Notes: generated from the letters alone by a model not told the origin. Positions 40,151 through 53,349 are shown, counted from the stretch's first letter. The stretch is DNA of 64,000 bases from Tubiluchus corallicola (GCA_030141605.1 JAQGDQ010000175.1:124001-188000), one strand, 5' to 3'. Translations and numbers: made by a program.

Positions 40151-43100
40151 CTAATGATAATGTTGTTTATCTAAATCAATTCTTTTTAGTACTACAAGGG
40201 GTAGCAATTGCTTGTGTAACGTACTAACATTTTGGGCTTTTCTAGGACTACTTTTTAATTTCCTGCAAGACAAGTTATCCTGAGTGACAGAAGCTTGCTT
40301 GCCAACACTGAAATAGTTATCAACTAATGGTTTAGACAGATTAGGCGACTCTCTAAAAATATCGGAATCTGAAGAATCGGAATGATAAGCTTCCACATCA
40401 TCTTTCTGCACATCATGCCCTGCAACATTAACTTCATTTTGAATATCATTTGCATTAACATGTGCCAACAAGCAATTATTGTTATAAGTTACTGCAAGGC
40501 CATACTTATGAGCTACTGAACTGGTATGGTCATGATAGTCTGCATTACTTGCACCTTCTTGCACACTGAATTCATTCACATTTTTTCTAGGTGATTGTCT
40601 TGTAATATGTTTTTTATCATGCAGTCTCTTTAATCCACCAAAGGACAAAATATCTTGTGGAGGGTTAAAGTCTAAGTCATTTGGTTGTTGCAAATTTTGT
40701 CTGGGCTCACTATTAACAATGTGTGTTATTGGCAAGAGTTCGGGACATGAGCAGTCTTTCAAAAACTCCATATGAGCAATTCTCAGTGGAGAAACCTGAT
40801 CAGAATCTAAATTAGCATTTTTGCTTCTTGTAATTCTCTGTGGAGAAACCTGATCTTCCAAAGAATCTAAATGAAATTTGTTGCTTCTTGTAATTCTCAG
40901 TGGAGAAACCTGAGTGGATGTTGATAATGGCATGCCATAGGAAAGTGGACTCTTTTCAGCTGACATCTGTGAGATACAACTCTGAAAGTCTGTTTGTTCT
41001 GAATCACTGTCTGAGGTTATATGCTTGCCAAGCGCTGTCTTTTGAGTGGCATTACTAAAGAATATACGATTTGTCGCATTGGATGTTTCATCAGCTATAT
41101 CACTATCATTTTCCACATTTGGTTTGTCCCAAGTATCATCAGTTTGAGTCAACTCAACATCAATAGCAGTGCTACCTGTGACAGGACAGGTAATCTGATA
41201 AGATACACCAAAGCCCAGAGTTTCCTCTATACCCGGTTCAAAGTAAAATCCTTGGCTAGGGGTTACTTGAACTGGACTCTTATTTTCAATTTGAACTTCA
41301 AAACCCTGACTTTCCATGATATGTCTTGGGGATTGAACGTGAAAGACCTGACTTTCCATGATATGTTTTAGAGAATTAACTTCAAGGCCCTGACTTTCTG
41401 TTATATGGTTTGATGATTGAACATGAAAGTCGTGAGCTTCTGCTGTGGGTTTTGGTGATTGAATACACAAGTTCTGACATTCTATGACATGTTTTGGCAA
41501 CGGGACTTGCAAATTTTCAGTTTCTGAGATGTGATTTTGAATGTGAGGGTTTTGACTTTCTGAGGTTTGATTTTGTGGTTGAAAATGAAGATTCTGGCTT
41601 TCTGAGATTTGATTTTGTGGTTGAATGCAAAGGTTCTGGCTTTCTGAGACATGATTTTGTGGTTGAATGTGAAGGTTCTGACTTTCTGAGATATGATTTT
41701 GTGGTTGAATGGAGAGGTTCTGACTTTCTGAAATTTGATTTTGTGGTTGAATGGAAAGATTCAGGCTTTCTGAGATTTGATTTTGTGGTTGAATGCAAAG
41801 GTTCTGGCTTTCTGAGACATGATTTTGTGGTTGAATGTGAAGGTTCTTACTTTCTGAGATCTGATTTTGTGGTTGAATGTGAAGGTTCTGACTTTCTGAG
41901 ATATGATTTTGTGGTTGAATGGGAAGGTTCTGATTTTCTGAAATTTGATTTTGTGGTTGAACGCAAACATTCTGGCTTTCTGAGATATGATTTTGTGGTT
42001 GAATGTGAAGGTTCTGACTTTCTGAAACATATTTTTCTGATTGAGTTAGCAAGTCCTGACGTTCTGTGGCAGGTTTTAGTGAACGAGCATCCAAGGTTTG
42101 AATTTCCAAGACATGTTCTTGTAATTCAATCTGAAGGCTCTGACTTTCTGAAACATATCTTGGTGACTGAGCATGTAAGCTCTGATTTCCTATGACCTGT
42201 TTCCATGACTCAGAATGGAAAGAGTGATTCTCTGTCAAGTAGCTTTCAGCTGATGTAACTTGCTGTTCTTCATCTTGATGTAGCACTTGCATTTTAGGCA
42301 ACTCATCAGCTATATATTTATTTTCTGACAAATGGCTCAAAGATGCATTAGGCAGTGCTTTTACTTCACTATCAATTACAGTAGAAGAATGAAACGTTGG
42401 AATGACATCCACCATTATCACATCTCCATACTCTTTTCTTAAAGGAATGTCAATTTTCTTTGGAGACACGTAAGAAAGAGCATCTTGCTGACAGTTTAAC
42501 ACTTCCTCTCCTGGAACGAGATCATTGTATACTTGAGTTTTGGCAACACTAACTTGTTGTATATCTAAATTGCTTTCTGCTGATTCACGTGGAAGTACAG
42601 GTTCATTTGCAGAGATTTCCATGATGCTGGCTTTGCTAATACTTACAGAATGTTCAACAATTTCACTATCTATGCCAACATGGACTGATGCATTACTGCC
42701 TGCACAATTAGTTTCATTAGGTGTGAGATGGCCAGGTACAGCAAAAGCAATAGTTTCTGCTATAATACTTTTTTGAGTTTCCTTTATATCACCACTGGCA
42801 CGTGTACTATCACTGGAAACAAAGAGATCATCACTAGGGTCACGGCTTGCATACCGGTTTTCATCCCTGCTGGTTTGAGTATAACATTCTTGATCCTCAC
42901 CAGAGTGTGATACATTTTTAGCTTCATTGAAGCTTGCTTGAGTGTTAAATTCATGATCCTCCACAGGGTTCTTCGTTTCACAACTGAGTGATATACATTT
43001 AGTTTCATCCAAGCTTCCTTGAGTATCACACTCTTCATCCTGGCCAGTGTTCTTCTTTTCACACATGTGTGATACATCTTTAGTTTCACGCAAGCTTGCT

Positions 43101-46100
43101 TCATTATGACGCTCTTCATCCTCGCCAGTGCTCTTCCCTTCATAGGCAGACAACACAAGTCTAATTTCACTCATGCCAGATTGAGTGTTACGCTTCTGGC
43201 TCTCACTAGCACCTTTATTTTGTATAGTGGGGTCTTCTCTATTTTTATAAAGATGTTTTTGCTTATTCATGCTTCTTTCTGAATTCATTTTACTAATTTC
43301 ACTAGCATCATTCAACTGCACTTCACTTCCATTTAATATATTTTCAAATAAGTTTTTATGCACAACATCTCTGTCACACATATGTACCTGTGCATTACCA
43401 CCCGAAATAATTTTAGCTTCTCTTTCTAACCTGTTCTTTGATTCTTTACAGATTAGATGAACACATGGAAATTTTTTAAAGTTAGTTAACTGTAGAGAAG
43501 CATTTCGCCAACACTGCTTGCTTAGAATTGGTTTATATTGCACAGGCAGATGTACTGTATTTGCAATGGTAGAGTTACTTGTACTAGGAGGCAAGACAGC
43601 ACCATGTGTCTGTTCTAATTCACTTGTAATGTGAGTAGCAAAACAAAAACTGCTCACTTGCTCTTGCTGAGAGAATCGAGTATATTCTGTACATGTTGAC
43701 GGTGTGACAAATTCAGGACTATATTTATTACTCCGTAAATTTGCTGTAGTTTCTGCTGTAGTATCATTGCTTTGGCTGTCATGTATGTCAGCTTGGATAG
43801 CAGGTTTTCCACTTGGAGGTATCCTTCCACTAAAAGTCTCTTCACTTGCAGTCTGCACTCCACAATCTACAGTAGGCATTTTCCTGGTTTGTACTACTTT
43901 AGCGGATCGTTTTCTCTCATAAAAGTTTTTTGCTGCAGCAACAATGCATTGCTTTACATCAATAGAGTGTTTTAATTTTTTGCGAGGAGGTTTGCCTATG
44001 AATGTTACTTGCCAGTTAAAGTTCTTCCACTCTCCAATTTTAGCTGCATTGTTAACCTGCAACAAATATTATAATATTTTGTTTAATTTCTTGAACCAAG
44101 TCCCAGCCATCATTTATATCATTCAGCATATTCCAATTTATTCTGAGCAGCATTAACCAGTGTGGCAGCATATTATTAATTACAAAGTCAAGATGAGCTT
44201 TCACATTTACTAAAGAGTGTAAAAAGTAGTGCATTATCATCAAACGAATACTGGTTGCTTTCTAGGATGTTGGTTAATTTAAATGGAGAAGAGACAGCCA
44301 AATAACAATAGAAAGCTGCAAATGTGTCTACATTTGGTTGCCTGAAACATTTAGCCTCTGAAAGTAAAAAATTTACGTACAAGCACCTCAGGGTAACTCT
44401 GGTTACTCTGCATTTGTATACAAACACGCCATTACAACTCGAAAAGGTGTATAAAAATACAACTTTTCATTCCTGATTTAAAGTGGGGGTGCGTCATACT
44501 TTGCACACTAGTTAGAATTTTATGAGCCATTATCAATTTACAAAAAAATCTGCTGGTTTTGCTAAATTTCAAGAAAGTTTGTTGTCAAAACTGAGCATAT
44601 ATTTTTGGCGAGTCAGTAATCAGTAACCTTTCTCTTTATGTGAGTTAAGGTTCTGAAGCAAACGGCAGAATTAGTCTAGCCCCCTGACATAACCCCACAC
44701 TCCTAATTCATCACACTAGCATTTTTTCTGTAGGACATTACACTAGGAACTCGCATTTTCTTTCCATTTCTGCCATGAAATAATCATACATTTAAAGGCA
44801 GCTATCTTAAGTACACTTTTATCCAGATTGGTAGACTGTAAACCAGAGTGGAGCCCTCAATGACAGGACCTATCAGTTCAGGTGGAACCAAAACGTATTA
44901 CCAAGAATAATAAGACAATACACTGCCTGGTAAACTTTAGTCATGTTGGTAAAATATCATCCCTCAATGAGACAAATAGCTGGAGTCAGTACGGTGGATA
45001 AAACTGCCCAAAACCAGTTTTATCGATGGTCACTTCACTAGCTCAGCACTGCTTAGCATTCGTAGCTAAAGACAAACAGTGAAAGTAAATATTCACCTTA
45101 GCCTCATACCTGTCTCTTAATATTCATTGTGGTCTTGCTACATTTAATAGGATATGTTATGAAGGAAATGATGTTATATTAAAAGTAACTTTCACAGTCC
45201 TCAATAGAGTGGTCTCTATGCATTTTAGTGTGGCCAGGCTTGGGCTACGAGCTGTCTTACAGTGGAAATGTAGTATAATAAAGTTCCTCACAATTTTTCC
45301 TAAATAATAATGGTTAGCTGAATGATTTCTCAGCAACAGGATAGATAACAGTAAATAGGGAATCCAATTATGAAATTTTAGACTTCACTCTGCTTAACAA
45401 GCCTAGCAATGAAAATGGAACATTAGATGGAAAAGGCTGAGTGACAATTCAAAAACTGCATAATTACTGATCTTTCTAATGTGTTTTTGGAAGGTGGCAA
45501 AAAGTTTTTAAACAAAAATGTGTCAAATGTTCTCTACTGAAGTTCACTTTTAAGGAATTTATGGATAGTATCAATCATACCTGACTTTTGGTTTCATTTT
45601 GTACGCTAGCTGCGTCTGACTCGCTTTCAAACTGTTTATACCGTTTTAGCGGTTGCTGGTGTATAGGTGACTGGCAGGGAACATTACTTAAACTTTGTTG
45701 TTTATGTACTGAATCTGAACCATCAACAGAAATGTTTAAAACTGACTTCTTGCTTGCTACACGAGATGAAGACATTTTAGTGGTACGTTTTCCTGACTCA
45801 TCAACAACTTCTCTAGAAAAAGTTTCAAAATAGTGAAATATTAACAAATTAAGCAAACTAAACACATGTACTTAAACAACGAAAAATACAGTAAAAATGC
45901 CACACTACTATAACTATTCTAATTAGTACTGGAAATAGACTTGAATTATTTAGCTACACATTAAGTCAGAATTTATGGATTTACAATATATCTTTATTTT
46001 ACACACACAGTTTTCTGATGATCACCACTCCTTTTTCTAACCAAACCCAGCAATGCTTAGCTTTGCAATCAAGCGTACACAAAAATAGTTGTACCCTATT

Positions 46101-49100
46101 CCTGTCGTTCCTAAAGTAAGACAACTGTTACACACATCACAGACTGCATTTGCAAATAAGACAGTTTATAAAATAACAAGAACGTGAAGAGCAATATGAT
46201 CCAAGATTTACGGATTGGACTTTACATTTTTTACACAGTTCAGCATTCTGCAAACAAAGATCCAGCACACAACTGCAGAGTCCGTGACCTATAAACACAC
46301 ACACATACAATGTGACCACTCAGCTATTTCTTTTGTCTAGATGGATAATACAGTTAACCTCGGATATAAGGGACACTTCAGGACCGTAAAAAACCATATC
46401 TTACATCCGGTGTCCCTTATAAATGAGAGCCTAATCTCATTCACGCTTATACATCCTATATTTATTCCCCTACTTCAGTAGCATTTTTTTACCGTTTCTC
46501 GCAACATTTGGTACATACTGAAATAACTCTTGCCAAATATGAACTTCAAGATAAAGGTTCATTAAAAAAACTAACATTTATATGAATACTAATTTTTACA
46601 CGTAATATATGTACATATGGCCATTATGGGCATAATATGCATAGTCTTTATACATGTACATACAGTAGAAAATTGGCAAATGTGTTACCAGCAAATGATT
46701 GTTCCTCGGTAAACGACCATTGCAGATGGCGCTAATGAAGCTTAAAGATGAAAAAAGTATTTGGTCATCCAGTCTCTTATAATTGAAATTTACTTGATTT
46801 CTATTGCATGGGACCTAAAAATGTCGTCTTTTATACAGGGGCGGAACTAGGGGGGCAAAATCTGACAAATAATTTTTTTTTGCAGTGAAAATTGCAATTC
46901 GCATGTAATCATTTTCAATATAATTAGAATTAGGTAAAAAAATGTTTGGTAGCTTCAGTGTATTATTTTCTTAAAACTTGTGTATGATAAATTTCTGTAA
47001 ATAACAATTTAGTTAGAGGCACATTAATAACGTTAGGTTAACTGAGAGTTAATTTTCTCATTATTGCTTTGTCCGCTACACCGTCCTACACACGCTAATT
47101 ATAAGCCTGCATGCAGTATAGAAGGGGTTAAAATTGGCTTAACCATTATTTAACCACTTCGGATACCTCGCCCCCCAGAAAATTTTTGCGCCCCCCCCCC
47201 TGCTTGCCACATCTAGTTCCGGCCCTGCTTTTATAAGCAAAAGTCTCTCATATCCGAGTACCTTATATACGCAGATTTTTGTAAGGAAAAACACTGCAAA
47301 AATTGGGGCCGGCTTTGGTGCTCCCTTATAAGCGATTGTCCTATATAAGTGAGTACCTTATAACTGAGGTTAACTATAGTACTACATTCAGGCATATGAG
47401 CTTTATATAAATGAAATCTTCCTACATACCTCAACTTTGCCAACTTAATCCGCTTTGCAATAACAGTTTCATGAGAATTAACATTACTGCAAGTAAAAAT
47501 GGTAATTAATAACGACGTAATTCAGACAAATGCACAGCACGTTGAATAAACAAAAAGTTGAGACATAAACTTCATAGACTGCTATTTAAGAAATGAAAAT
47601 CTTGAATACTCCTTTATAGTGAAAAAGAATGAAAAGAGAAAAAACACAAAGAATTACTAAACACTAATTTTTTGGATTTCATATTATTAAGATATAAAAA
47701 AACACACTTACAAAGATCCAGTTATAGAAACAAATAGAGTTGTAATAAGTGAAAACTGCAAGAAAAACGCAAAAAGTGGCGAGTAATAATCATGGAAAGA
47801 CCAAACATTTATGACCACAAAGCTAATGTAATACCACAGCAAAGTAATTCTGGATTATATATAAGGAAACAGTAAATGGATCAGTTTCAGTAGAAAAGAC
47901 AAAGCAGTTTGCCAAATGGGTAAATGGATGATAAGGACAGAGAATAAAAAGTAAAACTACAGATGTAAGTTATGTAGTTTATTAATGCAACTTCAATTCT
48001 TAATGACAAGAATAGTGACAATTATTGAAAAAGTATCCCAAATTAAGATAGAAGTGAAAAACACAAACTTTCAAACCATCACCGTGGTTACTCTTCAAGC
48101 AAAAAATAAGAAAGAAAAAGAGAAAAAATACAATGACTTACTAATTCCAATTTTTTTAAAGTTTTTTATATTATATTAATAACACATAAAAATATGACAC
48201 TTAAAAAGGATACAATTACACAGAAAACAATACAGCAAATAGAAGCTATAGAGAAAAACACAAAAACTGGGATTTTTCTTCCTTAATTATGTTGTTCATT
48301 TCTATTGGCATTAGAAATTTTCTGTCACAATTTGAATTTGTTTGAGTTCTGAATTCTTACAGAATTTCGAAAAATATCCGAGTAGATTTCAAATGCAAAT
48401 ATCTGACACCCAGCGGTCAATGTTAATAAACACATGCTATTAACTTATAAAGCTGTACACTTTTATACTCACATGTATATTGCATGTGGCAAGTTGGTGT
48501 TGGTGCTAGAAGGAAACGGGATGAAGCCGCACGTCTTTGCAAACGCCATTTTCTTTACTACCAAGATAAATTCACTCTGCAAAAACAAATAAGTTACGTA
48601 TACATAATAACTAAGCCTAAAACTATACATAATAACGTAAACAAAAAAAAATTACATGAAGAGATCAATTCTAAAAAACATATTTTTATGTTCCTTATGT
48701 TCCTTACATACAAAAATAGAATTATTATTCGAAAACTCAAAATCAGCTTAAATAAAAGAATGATCATGGAAAAACACGTATGCGTAGGGAGAAAGGGAGA
48801 GGGAGAAATCACTAAAATGCAACTTTTATTGCACAAAAGTAGAAAATGATGATAGCTGAAATTAATAAAGTCAAATAAGTCATACATCTTACAGTAATAC
48901 CTGCTCTGGAAAAAACTTTATTTCTGATTCAGTTATGAGAAAATTCTTCGACAAAATGCCGTGTATGAATGGTAAACCACTTCTGCAAACAAAAAATATT
49001 TTTTAAATTACTACCTAAATTAGGCTGCTAGTTCACAACTAGGCTAACCCAAAGAACTGGCTTACTAATTACCCTAACTAAGGTCAGTCACAAGGGAAAA

Positions 49101-51081
49101 AGGGTACAGATTTCCCCAACTCTAAAGCAAGATATAGAGGGATCGGGAAACGTCAATCAACCAGCGGGAATCCACCTCACAATGGCCAATCAGGCACTTT
49201 AACCATTTCACGACCAATGAATTTTAAACACAAACAGCACAGTAAATGGCAACTCACAAACAGCAGAATACACTTAAGCCTAGCAAATGTACTTCAAAAC
49301 TGTGCATATACATGATTTAAAAATTACTTTTATTTAGACAAAAAGGACAGACAAAACTTGCTGATGGATTAAACATGCGCAAGACATCACGAAAAACTGA
49401 ATGCTTTAGAAATTACTGAAAACCATGCTCTCAGTTCCAAAGTAGTTGGCTTTCTAGTTTTTCAAATTTGAAATATGACATTTTCTATAACTTAAGAATA
49501 CAATATACTGGCTACAGCACCACACATACACAGCAGAAGGTGGCCACATGTACAGAACAAAATAGTATTTATTAAAGTTGACAGTTAGTAGGCCCTCTTA
49601 ATTATTATGCTCACAAAGCTTAGCCTGGTCAGCTTAAGACAGAATGTTAGTGCTCACATAAGTCTTATAAACTGGTCATGCATAAGCTGTTTTATATGTG
49701 ATTTGTACATACAAATACACATTAATAGCTGAAATGTCCCGCTCAGTAGCTAAGATTTATATTTGCTTTATTTGTAAGCAAGACTTTCATTGGCGGATAT
49801 AGTTTTAATTTTGGTATTGAACTTTGACAACAAGGAAAACAATTTTATTGCAAATGTAAGAATATCTATAATTTTATTCTACAACAAGTTTGTGTGGCCG
49901 CAGACTTTTTTCGTTGAAGATCAGCACTCTGGTCATCAGGTAACAGTGTTTAATCATTCACATAAAATCTTGATATCATGCACGTATCCTTGATCAAAAT
50001 TATTATTACTGCAAACTTATTACTTGTAGTCAAGTAAAAGTATAACAGTGAGGCATTTCCTGTAATAAGTGTCAAATCGTTACAAAAAGTCCGCATTTTT
50101 CCGTGTTTTTCCCTTATTTTTGTAGTTATTCTATCAGTCAGCCAGAGCTTGTGAGGCAAAAGCCAGGGAGGCATTGCTTAGTGCCAGCTCCAGTCTGTGT
50201 ATTGGGTATGTTCCTCAGAGAAACCACTACTTGCTGTTTTACATTCACAGCTCATATTGATTATAGCTTACCATATAACTATTGCATGGCAATGAGCATT
50301 GTAAGATCAGATACATACAAATAGAGATCTAGAAAGACATTTTAAGAAACTACCACAAACTGACTGCTGTGGTGAAAGTCGAAACTTCACAATTCACAGA
50401 ATGACCCATGCCCAGAAAAGCAGATAGTCCTGTTTAAATGTTATTACATTTAACCACATAAAGCTTACAGCCAAATTTGAAAATAATTATAAAGAAGATG
50501 ATTACCAACATAATCTTGAATAATTTATCCACTTACAACAAAACGAAAAATTAAAAAATTAAAAAATTACCATGATTAGAACAACTAAACTGACTGAGGC
50601 ACAACTTTAATATGGGAAACATAGTGGCTCCCATCTATGGACATTCAAATCATAAAATCAAACCTGTACACTGCTGTAATGACATCGTTCGCTATGATAG
50701 CACGCATGAGACAATGACCATCTAAGATCACATACAAATTTTCACCCCAATCAAGCATTAACCTTTTTCTCTCTTCATCTGGTTCTTTCTGAAAAATAAC
50801 CACATCAGATTTAAAAACATCATTAACAAACAGCAAGTTGAGCAAAAGTCATTTAACTGTGAAAAGTATCACCACACTGTTACTCATCTTCCGGCAAACC
50901 CTACCTTCAAAATGTAAATAAAGTTGCCACTTTCATATTCATCTCTGTCAGACAAGCTGTGTTTTCTCCCCTGAATGCTAGCAGATTCTGGCCAATACAA
51001 CACATGACATAACATCCAAGATTTATTTTCAAGAGCAGATATCATCTTTATAAGATTGTAGACTTTCAAGCCTATACTCAT
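40151..51081 (-). CDS. 1560-aa protein with putative N-terminal TPP1/ACD(Est3)-type OB fold and large repetitive disordered C-terminus
   Basis: Exons 51081-50905, 50788-50664, 48982-48901, 48576-48473, 47486-47430, 45812-45581, 44056-40151; GT-AG, phases 0,2,0,2,2,0; 4683 nt; in-frame TAA just before the ATG. KSWMLCHVL, YVILDGHCLMRAII and SEFILVVKKM resemble TPP1 PWIRELIL, LLVSDGTHSVRCLV and AEFYLQVDRF. Gene structure is well supported; TPP1 identity is moderate. Confidence 0.75.
41520..42030 (-). repeat. 42-bp coding tandem repeat (14 aa, ESQNLHIQPQNHIS), about 12 core copies
   Basis: Directly visible in DNA and protein; degenerate copies extend to about 41300 and 42200. Confidence 0.95.
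46351..47376. mobile_element. Tc1/pogo (Tigger-like) MITE in intron, interrupted by an hAT MITE
   Basis: TA|CAGTTAACCTCGGATATAAG ... CTTATAACTGAGGTTAACTA|TA imperfect TIRs with TA TSD. Confidence 0.75.
46836..47227. mobile_element. hAT MITE, nested insertion
   Basis: TIR CAGGGGCGGAACTAG / CTAGTTCCGGCCCTG and exact 8-bp TSD CTTTTATA (46828-46835, 47228-47235). Confidence 0.9.
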
Positions 51082-52653
51082 TTAACTTTGACTTGAAGTC
51101 CGAAAGCCATTTGGTGAATGCAATTTCCAAACAGATAAAACTGCCTGCAACAGTAAAAGAAGCTATTATTTGCACATGAATTATGTAATTCTATTTAATT
51201 ACATACTTATTAATCTTGAATCTTGTAATCTTGATAGGTAGACAAATGACAAGTGCCTTAACCAAATTTCAATCCTCCATCCTCACTTGATTAACTTTAA
51301 CAAGGCAGTTTATAATATTGTGAATATATAAGCCAACTAATATCTACAGCCTCTAAGCTCATGAATCTGCCAGCAAGTCTTGCTCTTCTATCAACTATTT
51401 GAACCAACCATCGTATGGTCAAATGAAGGCTTTGACACACAGCCATTTAATATAAACAGCCACGAGCAGGAAGACCAATGCTCAAATACCTTATTACAAA
51501 GCACACAGTACAGACATAAACATCACCCCTTGGCAATCAATAACAACTAATACTATTGTGTAATATGACAAAATAACCAATTTAACTTGCACAAGTACAA
51601 TGACACTGTTGCGATTACGTATGGTGCTCAAACATAATCTAAAGAAACGCTTAACGAAGTAATTCAGCTTTCATCATTTCAATCCAACTGCTGTGGTACA
51701 GTCACATGATCATGACGTCATATACTATATATCGTAACAGACACAACACCAGGAAACAACCATTCAACACAGATCCCATTACTGTACTCGATCACCAGTA
51801 ACAATCAATCTATCAAACATAAATATTCAGATACCTTACATAGTACAAATATAAAACATCACTAGTAAGATTTACTGGCAACTGGTACCAAAAATCAGTA
51901 CTGGACCAAGTACTCCATAAACCAGTGACCTGTTAATGATTGACCAGTACTCCGTAAATGATTGTATGCTGATGAAAAGGTATAGAAATGTGTTAAGATT
52001 ATCAATAAAAATAGCAATAACAAGAGCGCACCCTTATAATAGCCATGATGAAAGCGTTAATATTATTGTATAAATGACTATTATTGTTCTAAGGATGTAC
52101 CAGTAAGATGTTTAATAGAAGTATACATATTGCTGGAGACAGTATGGGATCATAGTCTTCTTATACTTCTGTTAAAAGTTATGTAAACTCAGAATGAAAA
52201 AACACAAAAGTTATTTCAACATTTCAAGTATAAACTATGTATTAAAACAATGTTGTTGTAATGCGTAAAATTAAAATGTAATAAATTGGTATTGTGATAG
52301 TTCCTACTGTCTAGTTAGTGTATTACAGCAATATTATTATATTTCAGCCTGACTGTCTACTGTTATACTGCTTCTATTCCTTGTACTTTGCAAACATGTC
52401 ACTTTATTTATCTTAATCTTATACCTTGTATAATAAACTCATGTATGTGACAATGTGAAAGTAATAGGTGTGCTAAAACTACTAAAATTAACTTGGTGAT
52501 TTGGGAAATAGTATTACATACAGTATATAAGTTCTATATAAGTTCTAAAAATAAATTGAATTTGATGTGAAAAAAATTTGATTTGCGTCAGTGCAATCTT
52601 TACAAGGTATAGGTGTAAACAAGCAAACATAGCAGTTATCCGATACAACGAGA

Positions 52654-53003
52654 TGCACTCATATCTCGGTTTGTCGGACCTCGCTTTTACGGATATCGGA
52701 AAAATCGGACAAAATCTGGACCTTTAAAAGTCTGTTGTTTCGCGAACTGACCGCTAGTTGGCAGGCCATCACTTTGTTTACATCATTACCTAAGTGCAAC
52801 CAAGCAGCATGTAACGACATGTGTGTACGTCAGGAGTGGCCAGTACTAGTCGCTTTTAAGACAATTAGGCTATTAATTCTACATTACCGTCGGTCTAATA
52901 CACGGCACCTACTGCATTAGCTTGGTATCCGGAAATACGGACAATCGGCAAATTCGGACCGACGTCAACCCGTTTATATCTGGCAAGCCAAGATATAAGT
53001 ATA
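52654..53003. mobile_element. pogo/Tigger-like MITE
   Basis: Imperfect TIRs TGCACTCATATCTCGGTTTGTCGGA vs revcomp TATACTTATATCTTGGCTTGCCAGA; repeated subterminal CGGAC motifs. Confidence 0.6.
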
Positions 53004-53349
53004 CTATCAGTCATTGCCAACATATACTAGTACCCAATATACCTCACGCAGAGCAGTCGAAATCTTAAAGTCAATAGCTGAAAATACCAATAACTAAAAT
53101 ACCTTGTACAGTACAACATTATTGGGCAAACAGCAGTTGAAATCACAACTTTTTATGAACTTAAAGCAGTTTTTTGCAAGCTGTTCAGACATGCAGTTAT
53201 TGCTCTTTGCTGTGGTAAGTCACTATTAGTTTGTCGGTTGTAATTGCAGTGCAATGCATTAATTAGTAAAGCATGACTGTAGCGAAGTTATTGTAAAGAC
53301 TTTGCAATTATTAAAAGAAGTGAAGGCTTAAATTCTGAAGATTTTTTGT

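Noticed and set aside
41494-42195. 233-aa antisense ORF (DFVVECEGSDFLR repeats)
   Set aside because: Stop-free only because the 42-bp unit lacks a stop in that frame; no ATG start; shadow of the real exon.
49040-49220. tRNA-derived SINE-like segment on the minus strand
   Set aside because: Only loose A/B-box resemblance, no cloverleaf and no clear second copy in the window.
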